Source of the DNA: Octopus sinensis | Taxonomy: Eukaryota | Direction: 5' to 3' | Assembly: GCF_006345805.1 (NCBI RefSeq) | Contig: NW_021832718.1 | Span: 37,265-101,264 of the forward strand | Length of the DNA: 64,000 nucleotides | Shown here: positions 61,757 through 64,000 of the stretch, piece after piece | How positions within the stretch are numbered: position 1 is the first letter of the stretch | Layout: each line of letters opens with the position of its first letter | Notes under the pieces: generated by a model | Seen by the model: only the letters and a program-made list of their open reading frames with translations | Told to the model about the DNA's origin: nothing | Database searches by the model: none | Made by a program: the position numbers and the translations under genes

Positions 61757-62122
61757 ACTCTTTTGTTTCAGTCATTTGAATGCGGCCATGCTGGAGCACC
61801 ACCTTTAGTCGAGCAAATCGAACCCCAGGACTTATTCTTTGTAAGCGTAGTACTTATTCTATCATTCTCTTTTGCCAAACTGCTATGTTACGGGGACATA
61901 AACACACCAGCATCAGTTGTCAAGCGATGTTGGGGGGAAAAACACAGACACACATATATATGACAGGCTTCTTTCAGTTTCCGTCTACCAAATCCACTCA
62001 CAAGGCTTTGGTCAGCCTGAGGCTATAGCAGAAGACACTTACCTAAGGTGCCACGCAGTGGGACTGAACCCGGAACCATGTGGTTCCTAAGCAAGCTACT
62101 TACCACACAGTCACTCCTACAC
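61757..62122 (-). mobile_element. tRNA-derived SINE (octopus OK/OR-type), well preserved
   Basis: Complete reverse-complement copy with A/B boxes at the right end. Confidence 0.85.
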
Positions 62123-63082
62123 CTAAATGTATTTGTATGCATTCCCTGATAGCCTTCTGTCATATTTCCTACCTTATTTATACTTACCCATGCCTATATG
62201 TGTGCAATTGTGCATACTTACATGTATCTATTTGTATGGGCTTACTTGTATTCTACTGTTATTCTACCCCAACCTTTTTTATACCTGCCTATATCATCAT
62301 ATACATGCCTACTGATCCACCCACATGGACACACCCATGTATGCATATTACATGAGTGGTAACAGTAACGTTGAATTTCTACAACCTATTATCTGTATTT
62401 TCTATTCAGTATTGGTAATGTTTTGTTTATGAGGATATTCTAATGTATTTGTCTAATCAAAGGGTCTCTTGGATGTTTAGACAAAATATCAATGTTAATT
62501 CAGTCAACCATGCCACCATATTGATAGAGTATAGATGGCTGTCTCCTGTCATACTTCCACCAGTGTCCATTTCCTCTCTCCAAATGTATCTTGTACACCA
62601 TCTCCATGCGTTTTATGCTGCAGACCACATTCCTGGTCTTACAGTTAATAGTGGAGTTAAAAGTATAAACTACAGTTCTTATCAGTGCATGTGATCTTAT
62701 CAAAGGGGCACATCTTTCATAATTGTGGATCTCACTAGTTTCTCAACAATCTTAACATTGAGTTTGGTGTTCTTCAGGGCCTTTCTAAACCTATGGGCTA
62801 ACTTCTAATGCAGCACAACCTCTACAAACATCACTCCTTGATATTCATCTGCTTTATACCAAGTGTTTGCTCAGTCACAAATCCTCTGTATTTTGCTCCA
62901 ATGTTTGCCCCAATGTCTAGGGCAGGTTCCACTGGCATCCTTATATCTAATTTCTTTCTAGAGAACTGCATGCAGTGCATGAAGTCCTATTTCATATAGT
63001 TCACACAGAGGAGACATATTGTTCATTATCATACCACTATTACTATGTTCATGTTTACATTGTATGAGAAGTGGCATTGAAC

Positions 63083-63084
<2 letters not shown>

Positions 63085-63122
<38 letters not shown>
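63085..63122. repeat. (GT)n microsatellite
   Basis: Seen directly. Confidence 0.95.
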
Positions 63123-63128
<6 letters not shown>

Positions 63129-63494
63129 GGTGTAACGATCCTCTCAAGACAGTAAAATACACATGAGTGTGTGTGTGTGTGCACATATATATATATACAC
63201 ACATATATATATACACATATATATATACTTATATAATATATATGGTAAGATAAAAGTTCATCGTTTAGAAATTTTTTCAATTAAAAATTATTTTTTAAGA
63301 TAAGGGGAAGACCTATTATGAAAAGACAGTGTCCAAGCAAAAAAGAAGAAACCATATTTACATTCCCTATGGCCATTCCAGGGGTTCATTACCATATTTA
63401 ATGCACGAAGGTGCATTACGATAATTACTCCTTCGCCAAGGGAAAATAAAAAACACATCACATACTAGGGCGACACTTCTTTAAACAAACCCCA

Positions 63495-64000
63495 ACCACT
63501 CCGAAAGTGTAGTGGGTGCTTTTACGTGCCACTAGCACGAGGGCCAGTCTGGCGGTACTGGCAACGGCCACACTCGAAATGGTGTTTTTTATGTGCCACC
63601 TGCACAGGAGTCAGTCCAGGGGCACTGGTAATGACCTCGCTCGAATGTTTTGTTCATGTGCCAGTAAGGCAATGCAGGTAACAATCACACTCAAATGGTG
63701 ATTTTTACGTGCCCACCGGCACGGAAACATGACAGCTGCTCTGGCAGTGATCTTGCTTGGATGGAGCTGTTAGCGCTCCACTGGCACAGGTGGCAGTCAT
63801 CGAATTTGGTTCAATTTCGATTTCACTTGCCTCAACAGGTCTTCGCAAGCAGAGTTTAGTGTCCAAAGAAGGAAAGGTATGCATAAGTGGGCTGGCTACA
63901 TCCCTGATAAAGGCCTTGAGTTATGGTCTCATTTGTCCTGCAGGGTCTTCTCCCACACAGCATATTTCCAAAGGTCTCAGTCACTAGTCATTGCCACGGT
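63495..64000 (-). mobile_element. RTE LINE 3' UTR fragment continuing past the window edge
   Basis: Colinear with 15530-16110, including the repeat array. Confidence 0.85.

Noticed and set aside
44680-63420. Several candidate first exons for the RNase H1-like gene (near 44700, 45730, 46025, 53865, 63390)
   Set aside because: None gives an FYAV..G..G.Y..W-type peptide in the required phase without a stop.
255-63987. Most remaining short ORFs in the supplied track
   Set aside because: They are antisense or alternate frames of transposon ORFs, or translations of microsatellites and SINEs.

Overview
Eukaryotic, AT-rich, repeat-dense genomic DNA. The SINE/RTE-LINE repertoire points to a coleoid cephalopod, probably Octopus (inference, not searched). 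Three spliced host genes, largely missed by the ORF track, were reconstructed by hand from splice sites and reading phase: (1) the last three exons of MRPL9 on the minus strand (12257-14674); (2) the last four exons of COMMD4 on the plus strand (19783-25531); (3) seven exons of an RNase H1-like gene on the minus strand (31957-43594). The RNase H1-like gene keeps an intact hybrid-binding domain, an open frame and canonical splice sites, but its catalytic D-E-D-D residues read Y-V-N-E. It is a candidate catalytically dead RNA:DNA-hybrid reader and the main finding. MRPL9 and COMMD4 point away from each other, and I could not find the 5' half of either gene. The interval between them is filled by RTE LINE sequence. 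The left 7.7 kb is a CsRn1-clade Ty3/Gypsy element (both LTRs, tRNA-Trp PBS, CHCC Gag, -1 frameshift signal, 4-bp TSD) nested in a related element. Its LTR carries a palindromic NRF1/ETS-like module that is invariant in a diverged solo LTR at 50.6 kb. The rest is Helitron, RTE, R4/Dong-like and CR1 LINE, Tc1/mariner and tRNA-SINE sequence plus microsatellites. Repeat boundaries marked approximate were read by eye.
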